Part shown: in pieces, positions 23,101 to 34,264 of the stretch
Layout: every line of letters starts with the position of its first letter
How positions within the stretch are numbered: position 1 is the stretch's first letter
Origin: Cyanophora paradoxa CCMP329
Taxonomy: Eukaryota; Plantae; Glaucophyta
Reading direction: 5' to 3'
Assembly: GCA_004431415.1 (NCBI GenBank)
Contig: QPMI01000680.1
Coordinates: forward strand, 1-52,020
DNA: 52,020 bases
Made by a program: the position numbers and the translations under genes
Notes under the pieces: model-generated
Seen by the model: the letters and a program-made list of their open reading frames with translations, nothing else
What the model was told of the DNA's origin: nothing
The model's database searches: none

Positions 23101-26100
23101 CAGCGAGCACCGCAGGCCCTTGAGCGTCTTGCCCTCCGCCCCGTCCGCCTCCTCCCCAAGCACCTGCCGCGCCGTGGCGGGTCGGATCGGGCGCGGCTGC
23201 GGCTGCGGGGGCGGGCGGGGCGGACCTCGAGGCGGGCGGCGAGGGCGGGCCCGACGAGGGCGCCCCCGACGGGGATCCGCTGGGGCGGGGCCGGAGCGCC
23301 CTCCATGGGGGCCGGCGCCACGAGGAAGTAGCCCTCGTGCGAGCACGGGTTCCGCCGGAACACCCTGCGGCGAGGCCGGAGGAGACGCTTAGCTCAAGAG
23401 GGCCGAGGCCAGGCCGCGGGAGAGGGCCGGCGGGCGGGCGCACGTGAAGATGCCGCCGTCGAACTTGGCGTCCACCTCGTTGGCGTGCTCGCCGGCCATG
23501 CGCGCCCGCAGCGCGTTGAGGGCGGCGCGGGCCTTGGCGATGCCGGCCTCCGCCCCCGCCGCCGCGTACGCCCGCGTCTCGTACGTCAGGTCGTTCTGCA
23601 GTGCCCGCGGCCTCAGGGGGGCGGGGGCGGGAAGGGAGGGGGCGGGGCGGGCGCGCCATGCCGGGGACGAGCTCGTCGAAGCCGCGGGCGGAGGCGACGG
23701 CGCCGCACGCCATCGCGCAGACCGCCGCCAGCGGCAGCGCGTGCGCCGTCGCGTTGCGCTGCGCTGCGATGAGGCCGGGCGGCGGGGGCGAGGGCGGGGG
23801 CGGGGGCGGGGGAGGCGCCCGCACCGTGCTGCGGGCCTGGAGGGAGGAGTCGCAGCAGACGGCGGCCGGCGGGGTCGGGATGAGGGGCCGGTAGAAGCGG
23901 TCCCGCTGCGGCCGCCGGCCCTCGCACGGGCGCCCGGCGGAGAAGCGGGGGCCGGCGGGCCCGGGGCGCGCGCACCTCTCCCGGGATGAGGAAGCGGGGG
24001 TCGAGGGAGCCGACGGGCTGCCCCCCCGCCGCCCGCACCTGCCAGACAAAGCGTCAGAGCCGCCAAGCGAGCCCGAACGAAGCGAGAAGGCGGGGCGGGC
24101 CTGAGCGGCGAGGGCGGCGAGGTCGGTCACGGCGGGGGCGTCCCCCAGCACCGCCAGCATCCCTGCCCGCAGGCTCAGCGGGTGGGGCGGATGGACGGGG
24201 CGGGGCGGGGCGGGGCGGCGGGGGCACCGATGCGGCCGGAGTAGTGGGTGGCGACCTCCTTGGACTGGAGGGGCATGGAGGCGAGGACGACGAGGCCCGG
24301 GCGGGCCTTGCGGGCGACGTCGATCATGTACTCCGACACCTCCAGCGGCGTCCTGCCCACAGCCGTCAGGGGCGGGGAAGCCGCGAGGCAACGGGGCAAG
24401 GAAGCGTTGGGCGCACGTGTGGGCCTCGTGGAGGCAGACGCCGTGGAAGGTCTGAGCCACGCGCCGCGTGTAGTCCGCCATCTGCCCCGCAGGCGTGAGC
24501 CGCGCCGCGCGGCGGTGGGGCGCGGGCTTCCGGGGCCCCGCGCGGACCTGGTCCCAGAGCCACGGGTTGTCCTCCCGCCGCTTCCCGTAGTACAGGCGCA
24601 CCGTCCCCCGCGTCACCGCAACCTGCGGGGCCCGCACCGCTCGGACCCGGCCAGCGGCGGGGACCCGCGGGGCGGCGGCCGGCTCGCCTGGCGGAGGAGG
24701 TAGGGGTTCGAGATGCCGAGCTTGGGGTCGGCGGGGTCGCCGGCCGTCGCCGCCCCGTCGCGCAAGTACCCCGGGTGCGCGAAGTACGCCGTCCGCCCGT
24801 CCCGGAACGAGACCTGCCCTCACGTTCAGGCGAGCCGAAGGGGGAGGAGAAGAGGCTGAGCGGGGGCGGGGCGGGGCGGGGCGGGGCGGGGCGGGCCTTG
24901 GTGAAGTAGGGGTCGAGGAAGGGCCGCTCGGGGGTGACGGCGCCCTTCTTCGGGCCCGCCGGGTCCAGCCGCTCGTAGTGCACCTGCCGCGCGGCGGGGC
25001 GGGGCGGGGCGGAGAGGCTGAGGGGCGGGCAGGAGGGGAGGAAGGGGGGGGGGGCGGGCACGGTGTGCCAGATGTTGTGGAGGATCTTCTCCTCGTCGGC
25101 CCAGAACTGCTGGTAGAGCGGCTGGTTCACCTGCGGCCCCGCCCCCGAGGCGGCTCAGAGAGTGAGCGCGGTTCGAGGGAGGCGGCGGGCGCGCCTCGTC
25201 GACGGCGAGGGTGAGGAGGCGGCAGCGGTGCTCGAGCTCCTTCGTGTCCCCCGCGTTGATCGGCGGCGAGTTGAAGAGCGCCAGCAGCACGCCCGTGTCG
25301 ATCTGCCGGGGGGATTGGCGGGGGTGGATCGGCGGGGTTTACGGGGAGCGGCGCGCACGCCCTTGCCGCCGCGGGAGCCGTCGCTGGCGGTGCTCTCCTT
25401 GAGGATGGGGACCGTGTATGTGTTGATCCAGAACGTCGGGTTGCTCCCGAACTTCGCCTCGAAGGGCCGCTTGTTGATCACCCCGTCCCGGAAGTCGTGC
25501 AGCACCTAAGAGAGGGGGCACGCTGGGGTCAGCCGGGCAGCTTTCGGGCTAAGTGCAGACGGAAGGGCCGGGCGCGCCTTCTGGACGTTGACGACGTAGA
25601 ACTGCCAGAGCTTGGCGGGGGCGAGGACCTGGGCCCGGAACTGCAGGACGGCCCAGTTGAGCGCCCCGTCGTTGTCCAGGTGCGGCGAGACCTGCCGGGC
25701 GAGGGGGAGGCGTCAGGCGGCGCCGCGCGGGTGGGATGGGCTCGGGCGGGGCGCGCCATGTGCTTCTGGGACTCCATGCCGGCGGAGAACTCGGCGAGGG
25801 CCTCGTCGAGGGCGATTGCGGCGGCGAGGTGCGGGCTGTTGATGGAGCTGTACCCGCACTCGGGGTGCTCCTGCAGCCAGGGCGTGTCCACCGCCGTCTG
25901 CCCGTACACGACGTCGGCGACGGAGAGCACGCCGCACTCCTCCTCGAGCCGCTGCACGGCGCCCTTGAGCGCCTTCTGCTTGTTCGCCTCCGTCACCGCC
26001 CCGAAGATCGCGCGCGAGAGCACGGTCCGGTCCGAGATCGAGTAGGGCGAGCCGCCCGACGAGAGCGTCTCCATCGGCGAGAAGTGCACGATGCTGTACC

Positions 26101-26910
26101 CGGCCGCCGCCGCCGGCTTCCCCACCGTCTCCGTCCAGTCCGACACGGGGCCCAGCAGCTGCCGGCGCCGCCCTCAGCGAGCGCCGCCGCCGGCTCGCGC
26201 GGGGGGGCCTGACCTTGGAGCAGACGCTCTGGATGGCGAGGGCCTCGAGCGGGACGGCCTTGCCGTTGACGACGACGTCGGAGACGACGGTCACGCGCGT
26301 GCCGACCTCGCGCGCCTTCTCGCGGAACGCGGCGCCGTCGCCCACGGCGCCGGCCTCGCCGTAGAGCGCCACGTCGAAGGTGCCGGCGACGTGCGCCCGC
26401 AGCTCGAAAACCGCGTCCCCCAGCGCGTTCGTCGACCTGCGCGCGCCGTCCGGTCGCACTGCGCCCCGGACCCCTCCCGCGGGCGCCGCACCCCGAGACG
26501 ACGCGCGCGGTGTTCCGGTCAAAGCCGTCCCCCTCGGCGGGGAGGTTCGTCGCGAGCACGGGCTTCCCCGACTTGCACGCGCCGATCGCACCGCGCCAAA
26601 TGACTCGAATGACTGACCCCTGAACGACCTGCGTCGGCGCGCGGCCCTCGCGGGGTCAGCCACGTCGCGTGCGCGCGTCTCGGCAGGAGACGGCGGGGCG
26701 CGCTTCGAGCTCCGCGGGAGCTTTCCTATAGCATGCAGGGGCTCTAGGGGCGTCCGAAGAGCCCGCGGGCAACTCGGGCTCTCGTGGCGCGCGCACCTGG
26801 AGCAGGCCCTTCGGGAGGGAACCCGTGGCATCGGGGGCCTCAAGCACGAAGAGCGAGCCGCTGGAATCGGGTTGGGGGGCCGACGAGGCCGCTCCCTTCT
26901 TCGGCGCCAT
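20142..26910 (-). CDS. AGL: Glycogen debranching enzyme homologue (AGL/GDB1 type), with a degenerate 4-alpha-glucanotransferase domain and an intact amylo-1,6-glucosidase domain; >30 introns
   Basis: Motifs [107 protein letters not shown] and GLPEVTN...QAWS. Confidence 0.95.
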
Positions 26911-27749
26911 ACTCGTGTGGGTACGAGGCTGAAGCTGCTGGCTGGGTACGATTTTGAAGGACCGACCCCACGATATCGATATCGATAATCGATGAACGTG
27001 AGTCACCGCCGACGAACCGCCGTCGACGTCACCGGTCGGCGGTCGATCGACAAGCAGGCTTGAAGCAGCAGATATTAAATTGATCCTCATCGATCATGAT
27101 CGATATATGTACGTATACGTAATACGTATACGTATACGTTTACATACGTCAAGTAAATCACACATACATGCATATTAATGTTAATCACACATGATAATTA
27201 TAAATGTTAATTCGCCTCGACATTAATTGCATGACGATATATGTATGTGTTCGACATATTAACAATTATCGACTCCTATAATGAGTCCTATTGCTCATGA
27301 GCACAGGATCAAGTTTGCAACTCAAATTAGGACCGTGTACATGTCGACGTCAGTGATGTCACTGCATGATCGAGTCACGCCGGCGCGCGCGTTGACTATA
27401 TAAATTAAATATCGTCAAAGTGTATATATATATGTACAAGCTTTAATAAAGATCGACAGCTTAAGATCGAAAATATATGTACAAGCTGTATATAGTTTAT
27501 AATTACGTCACATAAAATGCAATTAGCTTATTAATTACACCCATATGCGCGCAGTCGGAACTTTTAATTAGCTAGACTCGGAAGTGAGATTTTTTGTTCT
27601 TTTTCGTACGTCTTTTTTGCTTTTTTTGAGAGTACCGGACGAATAGTAGTTCGTCGTCGAATACCCGTAGGCTGCACGCCGTGCACGGTGCACGGTGGGG
27701 CCGTGCACATGTACAGTGCCACTGCACACTGCACCGTGGCACTCCGGAT

Positions 27750-28218
27750 TAGTGCTGTCGTCAGTCAGTCCCCCGGCTGACCCAGTCCGTCAGCCCCCCT
27801 GACTGTGACTGAATCAGTCAACCCGAGGTTCAGTCAGGCTACCGTGCAAAAACCGTGAAAAATGACCCGGAAATGACCCAAGCGCGATCTATCTACTTCA
27901 TTCAAGTTGCCAAGCATCAGGCACGGGCGGTAAGGGGTGGATATGCGAGCAGAGAGGACGAGAAAAGGAGATTCGGCCCCCGCCAGGTGTCAGACACCGT
28001 TAGCCTCGCTAGCGTGGACCGTTTCTTGAAGATTTCGACGACAGAAGATCATTTTTTTGGTCGACCCACGTCAGCTTTAGATGAAAAAAGCCCACAGGGG
28101 GGCACGCTCCCAGCAGGGTGTTGTATGGGACTGAGAAAACGTCAGTCAGCCAAAAGCTGACCCAGGCAGGTCAGTCAGACCCTCTGACTGTGACTGTCAG
28201 TGACTGACGACAGCCCTA
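27750..28218. mobile_element. hAT-type MITE D (469 bp)
   Basis: TIR TAGTGCTGTCGTCAGTCA / TGACTGACGACAGCCCTA (1 mismatch). Perfect 8-bp TSD CTCCGGAT (27742-27749, 28219-28226). Subterminal CTGAC/GTCAG repeats. Confidence 0.93.
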
Positions 28219-28535
28219 CTCCGGATCCGTGTGCACGTGCACGGCGTGGGCGTGCGGCGTGCCACGCCGTGACGGTGCGCGGGCCAGCGCGCGCGGGCCA
28301 GCGCGGGCCCGGGCTGCCGGCGCCGCAGACTAACTTTTTAGTAAGGCCCGCAGTGCGCGGCGCACTGCAGCTGCGCCCGGCCAGCCTGAGCGCCGTGCAG
28401 ATCTAGAGCGCGCCGCGCGAGCGCTACTCCGGAGTCCGGAGCAGCAGCCGCACTGCGGCAGCTGCAGCAGGAGCAGCCGCTGAGCAGCAGCAGCAGCAGC
28501 GCGCCGCGCGCGCTATTGCTTGCCGGAATAGATCG

Positions 28536-29766
28536 ATGGCGTCGCGCTTGATGCGCCTGCTGCGCGGCCCGTCTCCGATCGTTGTGCCAGAAGACGAGGA
28601 TGCCTCGCACCCTCCGCCCCTCGTCTCTCCGCCGACTTCTCCGCCACTCGCCAGCGTGAAGACCTTCTTCTCTGAAGCGCCCATCAAGCCAAAGCGCAGC
28701 CCGCCGCTTCCCTCGCAGGCCCCGCCGCACCACTTGCCGCCCCTCCCTGCCCCGGCCGAGAAGGCGGCGGCGCCAGCGGAAACACCAGCATGGAGAAAGC
28801 ACAGCAGACTGGCGATAGTCCTGCAGAAGGTTGGCTGCAGACCCCGACCCCAGTCAAGATCTGATGTTGACCCTTTCGCAGCTGTGGTCTGCGATATGCT
28901 GGGAGATGCCGGACGATGCCGTTCCGGATCGGTTATCCTTCGAAGCGTACTGCTCCACGCACGCCGCGCTGTTTAAGGCGGTGCGCCGAGTGGCCTTGCA
29001 ATGTGGTTCTTCACCGCACCTCGCGCGCTGATTTGCGAGGACCAGCTGCGAGTGGTGTGGGATCCGCAGCAGGCCCGGAAACTGGCCGAGGTAGTCTCGA
29101 CTGCTGTCTCTCCAAACACGTCGAGGCCCCTTCTTTGACGCGCTTTCCACTTGCCCACAGGCAGACTTCCGGACCGACTCTAAGGGCAAAGGATCGGTGG
29201 CGAGGGACTCATGTGCTTATTATTCCCTTTCTTTTCAGTTCTTATTCTGAACTGATCCTCCTTTCTCAGTTCTCTCCCTGATGTACACCTTGTCGGCGCG
29301 CTGGACGGTCGCGGCGTCGAACGCGGCCGGGGGCCACCAAGCCGAGGCGGAGCCGGACGCTTGCTCCTTCTTTCTTGAGACTCTGCTGCGCGCCGTCTCT
29401 ACATACGACCGGCAGCGCGGTGTTTTACGGCTGAAGCCGCTGGACGAGATCGACGTCGGCGCGGGCAACCCGTACGTGGCGCAGCAGCCGCAGCCGCACA
29501 CGCAGCCGCAGCCGCAATCGCAGTCGCCCCAGCGGCGGTACTCGCACCCTGCGTCCTCGGCGGAGGTGGGCGGGGAGCGCTCGGCGAGCGAGGTCCGCTC
29601 TCGGCGCGGCTCGGTCGGGAGCTCGGAGCTGCAGGACGAGGCGGAGCGCGGGGACTACGCGCGGCGGCTCCGGCAGTCGATGCGCTCGCGCTCCGTGGAC
29701 ATGGGCGACGAGCTCCGCCGCCTCGCCATCTTCAACGCCCTCCGCAAGCGCGCCCCGGGCGCGTAG
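28536..29766 (+). CDS. Hypothetical protein, about 5 exons; Pro-rich N-terminus and helical, possibly degenerate EF-hand-like core
   Basis: Short introns join ...IVLQK|LWSAICWEMP...LFKA|DQLRVVWDPQQARKLAE|ADFRTDSKGKG...|...LMYTLSARWT...RKRAPGA*. Confidence 0.6.
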
Positions 29767-30919
29767 CCCCCGCGGCGCCCCCCGGGCAGGGCAGGGCGGG
29801 GCGGGGCCCCCGCCAGCTTGCTTGCCCCCCCGGGGCCCGAGTGGCAGTACCTCATTTCCCTTTCTTTCTCTTTCCCCTTTCCCTATGAGACGTCGCTATT
29901 GGTGTATAGGTCACGGTTGCATATATTTTGCAGGCGATATTTTTTTGGATGAAAAGGAGGAGTGTAGTGTAGTGGAGGAGTAGAGAAGTGTGCTAGTCAG
30001 ATAGTCTTACAGCCACAGCGTTAGCTAGCCTCGAGGCGGTTAGGGCGTTGGAGTGTGTTTTGACGTGAGATGGGTGATTCGTTGTGGTTTTTTTTTTGTA
30101 CTTAGGGTCCGTTCTTACCCCTGCGATCCGCACTCTATTGCGCGCACTGTAATTATTATTGGACAGGGCGAGTTGCTCGATCGGGACGGAGCTCCACTAT
30201 CGCTATCGATTTTGTTCGGATATTCCCACAGACAAAGTCCTGTTAATACAGGCTTCTCGTCCATATAACTAGTGATACACAGCGCCTTCAGTTTCGTATG
30301 GGATTTAAATTTCCATCGAGGTGCAAATGTACCGCAGTTCTACGACAGTCCTAGTGCAGCACCCGCTGCAGTCGTGTCACTTCGATCACTTGCATAATGT
30401 CTATGTTTGCCGTTCTGTCGTCGACGTCGCGCTGCGCTTCTGCATGCGCGTCACGCACTAGTACTGCGGCACTCCGAGGCTCCTTCCGAAGTTCCTCGAA
30501 GCAGTTTAATTTGCATGACGTTAACGGTCATGATCACTGACCCGAGCCTCGCCGCAGGCTCGTATCCCGGAGCCGCCGACGTCGACACACGTGCATGTCC
30601 CTAATTGTAATGATTACGATCGATGACATCGAGCCACTGGCCGGGCCCGCGCGCATGGCTAGCGCCCAGCCTGAGAGCAGACGTACTCTGATCTCGGATT
30701 GCCATGTTGAGAACTTCGGAATGCACAGCGGAGAGCGGCGGCACATAAATAAGCCACCGCGGCAGAGATCTAGAGCCCCCGAAGCCTGAATTTCAACGGG
30801 TACGAGTACCGAACACAGAACACAGATGCTATGCTGCTCGGGTAGGGCAGCACACGCACAAGTGCGCACGGTGCTGATCACGAGTGCACAGCTCAGCGGC
30901 CAGGCGGGGGCGGCGCCCC

Positions 30920-32243
30920 TCACAGGACCTCGAAGCTGTCGGCGATGGTGCGCAGGAGCTCGGTGTCCGTCGAGCTGCCCTCCTCCGGGCACTGCACGTT
31001 CAGCTGCGGCGGCGGCGGCGGCAGCTCCCGCTCAACCGCAGGGAAGGGGCGGAGGCCGGAGCGGGGCGGGGCGGGGCGGGGCGGGGCGGGGGTACGCCTC
31101 GCACCGTGTAGAGGTTGGAGTCCTTGAGGGCCATCACTGCGAGGAAGCGCTGCTTGATCTGAGGGGGGGCGAGCCGCGCCCGGGGCCCCGCCCTCGCGTC
31201 AGACAGACCCTCGGGTGCACGTGCGCCTATCCGCTGGGACGCGGCGGTTGGCGCACCGGGTCGTTGTCGACGGTGTACTCGATCACGTACGCGCCGTCCT
31301 GGCGGGGGGGGGGGGACATAGCGTTAGGGATGGAGGGAAGGAGGAGGGCGGAGGGGGCGCGCCTTGCTCCGGGCGTCGGTCTTGAGCATGCGGGCGCCCT
31401 TCTGCTGCGCGGTGAGGCCCATGCCCACGCCGTCGGGGTTGCCGAAGGAGCCCATCTTGGCTGCGGGCCCGCCGTCACTCCCACGCGGCAGCGCGCGCGC
31501 AAGGCAAGGCGGGCCGCTGGCGGAATGGGGCCAGACTCACTGAAATCCGGCTGGACGCGGTACCTGGGCGGATCGCGCGGTCAGTTCTACCGGGAGAAGA
31601 GCCGACTCCGAACGCGGCCGCACTTGACGAGCGCGGCGCTCCGGTTGGCGTTGGAGGGGTCAGCGAAGAAGAGGACCTGCGCCCGCCGTTCGCGGGGCAC
31701 GCGCACACGCGCGCGCGCATTATTGCATACGCGCCTGGTTGTTCGGCAGGCTGCCCTCGGCGCTCTGCGCGGCGAGAGCTCGTTGAGCAAGGCGGCGTAG
31801 CTAGAGGAAGGGACGTGAGCTGCCGCGCAGCGCCGCGGGCGGGCTGACCGTCCACGACTTGGGGACCTGCGGGCACGCGGTCAGCACGCCTGCGGCCGGC
31901 GGGCGCGGGCGCAGTGCGGATGCACCTTGATGCGGACACCGTCCTGCTCGAAAAGCGTGAAATCCGTCGTGGCGGCCTGCGCGGCCTGCTGCGCCAGCAG
32001 GACGGCGAAAGCTGCGGCTGCCCCCAGCGTCTCGCGGCGGCCGACGGCCTTGACAGTCGACGTCGACGTCGAAGCGACCGCGAAAGTGACTGCCGGAGCC
32101 GAAGCCGCACTCGACGGGCGTGCCGCAGCCGAGCTGGCTAGCCGGCGGGCGTGGGCACCGGAGAGCGCCGCGCTGCTGCTAAAGCTAACAGCCGCATTGC
32201 TGCCAGCGGCCGGGCGGTTCGGAAGCACTGCGAGGCTGAACAT
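30920..32243 (-). CDS. PsbP-domain thylakoid lumen protein (PPD3-like) with bipartite targeting peptide
   Basis: MFSLAV... Ala/Ser-rich transit peptide, then a twin-Arg signal GRRETLGAAAAFAVLLAQQAAQA. Mature exons IKVPKSWT, QPDFTKMGSFGNP, YVIEYTV and NLYTLNVQCPEE...IADSFEVL*. Confidence 0.85.
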
Positions 32244-32574
32244 CTGTGCTACGACGTATGATTCGGCCCTACCCCCCCCCCCCCTCCCCCCCCGCCCGCC
32301 CTGGCCCAGTGGACTTCGCCAATGTCGAAGTCGAAGCCGGCGCGTCGACGTCGATCCCCGGCCGCCGGGCCGGGCCCTTCATGACCTGCTGGGGGGGCGC
32401 CGAGCTCGAGGCCCGCCCGGCGCGGCGCTCTGCTCGTTCCGCTAGCGCTGGGCCACGGCATGCGCCGCGCCGCGCTTAGCTGCAGCGCAGTCGGTCGCGA
32501 TCGGGCAACACGAGCTCAATTTAATACACAGCTGTACTAGCACTACGGCATCTTCGAGTCGTCGCGCACGGATC

Positions 32575-34015
32575 CTAGCGGGAGACGACGTACTCGACGC
32601 GGCGCGGGGCGCCGAGGCAGCAGCCGCACTGGAGGGGCGCCCAGTCGGCGCGCGTCCCCGCCCGCAGCGGCGCCCAGCGCTTCGAGCAGGCGTGCGCCGG
32701 CACCACCTGCGCATGCCGCCCGTCAGAACCCGCGGGGCCGGCGGGGCGGGGCGGGGCGGGGCGGGGCGGGCGGACGATGCGGGAGGCGGCGCGGGCGCAG
32801 GCGGCGGCGTCGAGGTCCGCCTGGAGCGAGCGGGCGGTCACGGCCGCCGGGTGCGCCCCGTAGCGCCCCTCGTGCAGCCGGTACGCCCCGCCCGCTGCTG
32901 CGCCTCCTCCTCGTACCCCCCGCCGCAGCGGCACGCCGCGGGGGCGGGCGCCGCGGAAGCGCAGCGGCAGCGGCAGCCGCATCCGCACCCGCCCGACGGC
33001 CGCGCGGCGCTGCAGTGGTGCGCTGCGGGGCGCGTCGGGCGGCTGGAGAGGGGGCGGGGCGGGCGGGGTTACCGGGGGCCAGGGGGACGCCCCGAAGACG
33101 GCGTCGGCGTTGGCGCGGGCGAAAGAGTCGCCGCCCCGGGGCGCCCGACTCGGGCGGGGCCGGGGCGGCCTGCGCCCAGCCCGGGGCGACGGGGGCGACC
33201 GGGCGGGCGCCGGCCAGCTCCCACCCGCCGTCCGGCAGGGGGCGGAAGGCCGGAGCCGGCTGCTGCTCCGGCTGCGTCGGAGCCGGCTGCTCCGCGAGGG
33301 GCCCCGCCGTCCCCGGCCCGTAGTACGTGTGGTCCTCCGCCTGGCCCGGGGCCGGGTAGTACTGCGGGGCCGGGGGGTACGCCTGGGCGCCCGAGGCCGG
33401 GGGCGCCATGGGGTCGTCGGACGAGCCGGCGGCGGTGGTCTGGGCGGGGTACGAGGAGCCGGCGGAGCGGCGGGCGGGCGCGGCGGGGCGGGCGCCGGAG
33501 GCGGCGGCGTGGGGGTTGGCGCGCTGCGGGGGTAGGGGCAGCTCGCGGTCCTCCTCCTCGCGGGAGGCGAGGACCTCGGCGAGGGGCGCGGCGCCGGCTG
33601 GGCCGGCGCCCGGCTGGCGGTAGACCTTGTGCCACAGGGAGGCGTCCCCGCCCTCGCCCCGCTCGAAGCGCTCCAGCTCGCTCGCCCGCGCCCGCTCCTC
33701 CGCCTCCCGCTTGATCCGCTCCAGCTCGTACGCCCGCTGCCGGTCCCGGAAGTTCCGCGCCGACCCGTACACCTGCGCCCAAGCCGGGCTCGCGTCAGCG
33801 TCACAGCAGCGGGCGGTGCCAGCACGGCAGCCACGGCTACGGCCGCCTGGACTGGCCGCGATCCGGACCTGGCTGGCTAGGTGGTGGGAGTGCTCCCCGG
33901 CGACCTCCGCGCAGACGAGGCAGCCGCCGTACTGCCAGCAGCCCTCCGTGCGCCCATGGTACTCGCGGAATCGCGTCGTGCTTCCGTGCGTACACCAGGG
34001 CTCTGACTGGTCCAT
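32575..34015 (-). CDS. Hypothetical protein with Cys/His-rich N- and C-termini and a Pro/Ala/Tyr-rich middle
   Basis: MDQSEPWCTHG...GCLVCAEVAGEHSHH|VYGSARNFRDRQRAYELERIKREAEE... with a final exon VVPAHACSKRW...LQCGCCLGAPRRVEYVVSR*. Introns match the local consensus. Confidence 0.6.
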
Positions 34016-34264
34016 ACTGCTAGCTGAGAAGCTCCAACGAGCGGGAAATGCCGTCGACGGGCTGAAGGGGCGAAAAGCCGAAGGAAACGGGCGAGAAAGT
34101 CACCAGAACTCCGCGGGCCGGATCCAAGGCACTCAGATTGGAAATAAATACGCTAGTTAGGGTGCAGGCGCAGCTTGCGGAGCTCCGAAGCCTTCGTGGC
34201 GCAACGGAACAACTTTGCAGGGGTACAGCGTCCGTCGAGCTGGCTTGTGCGTGGGGGCCTTCGG

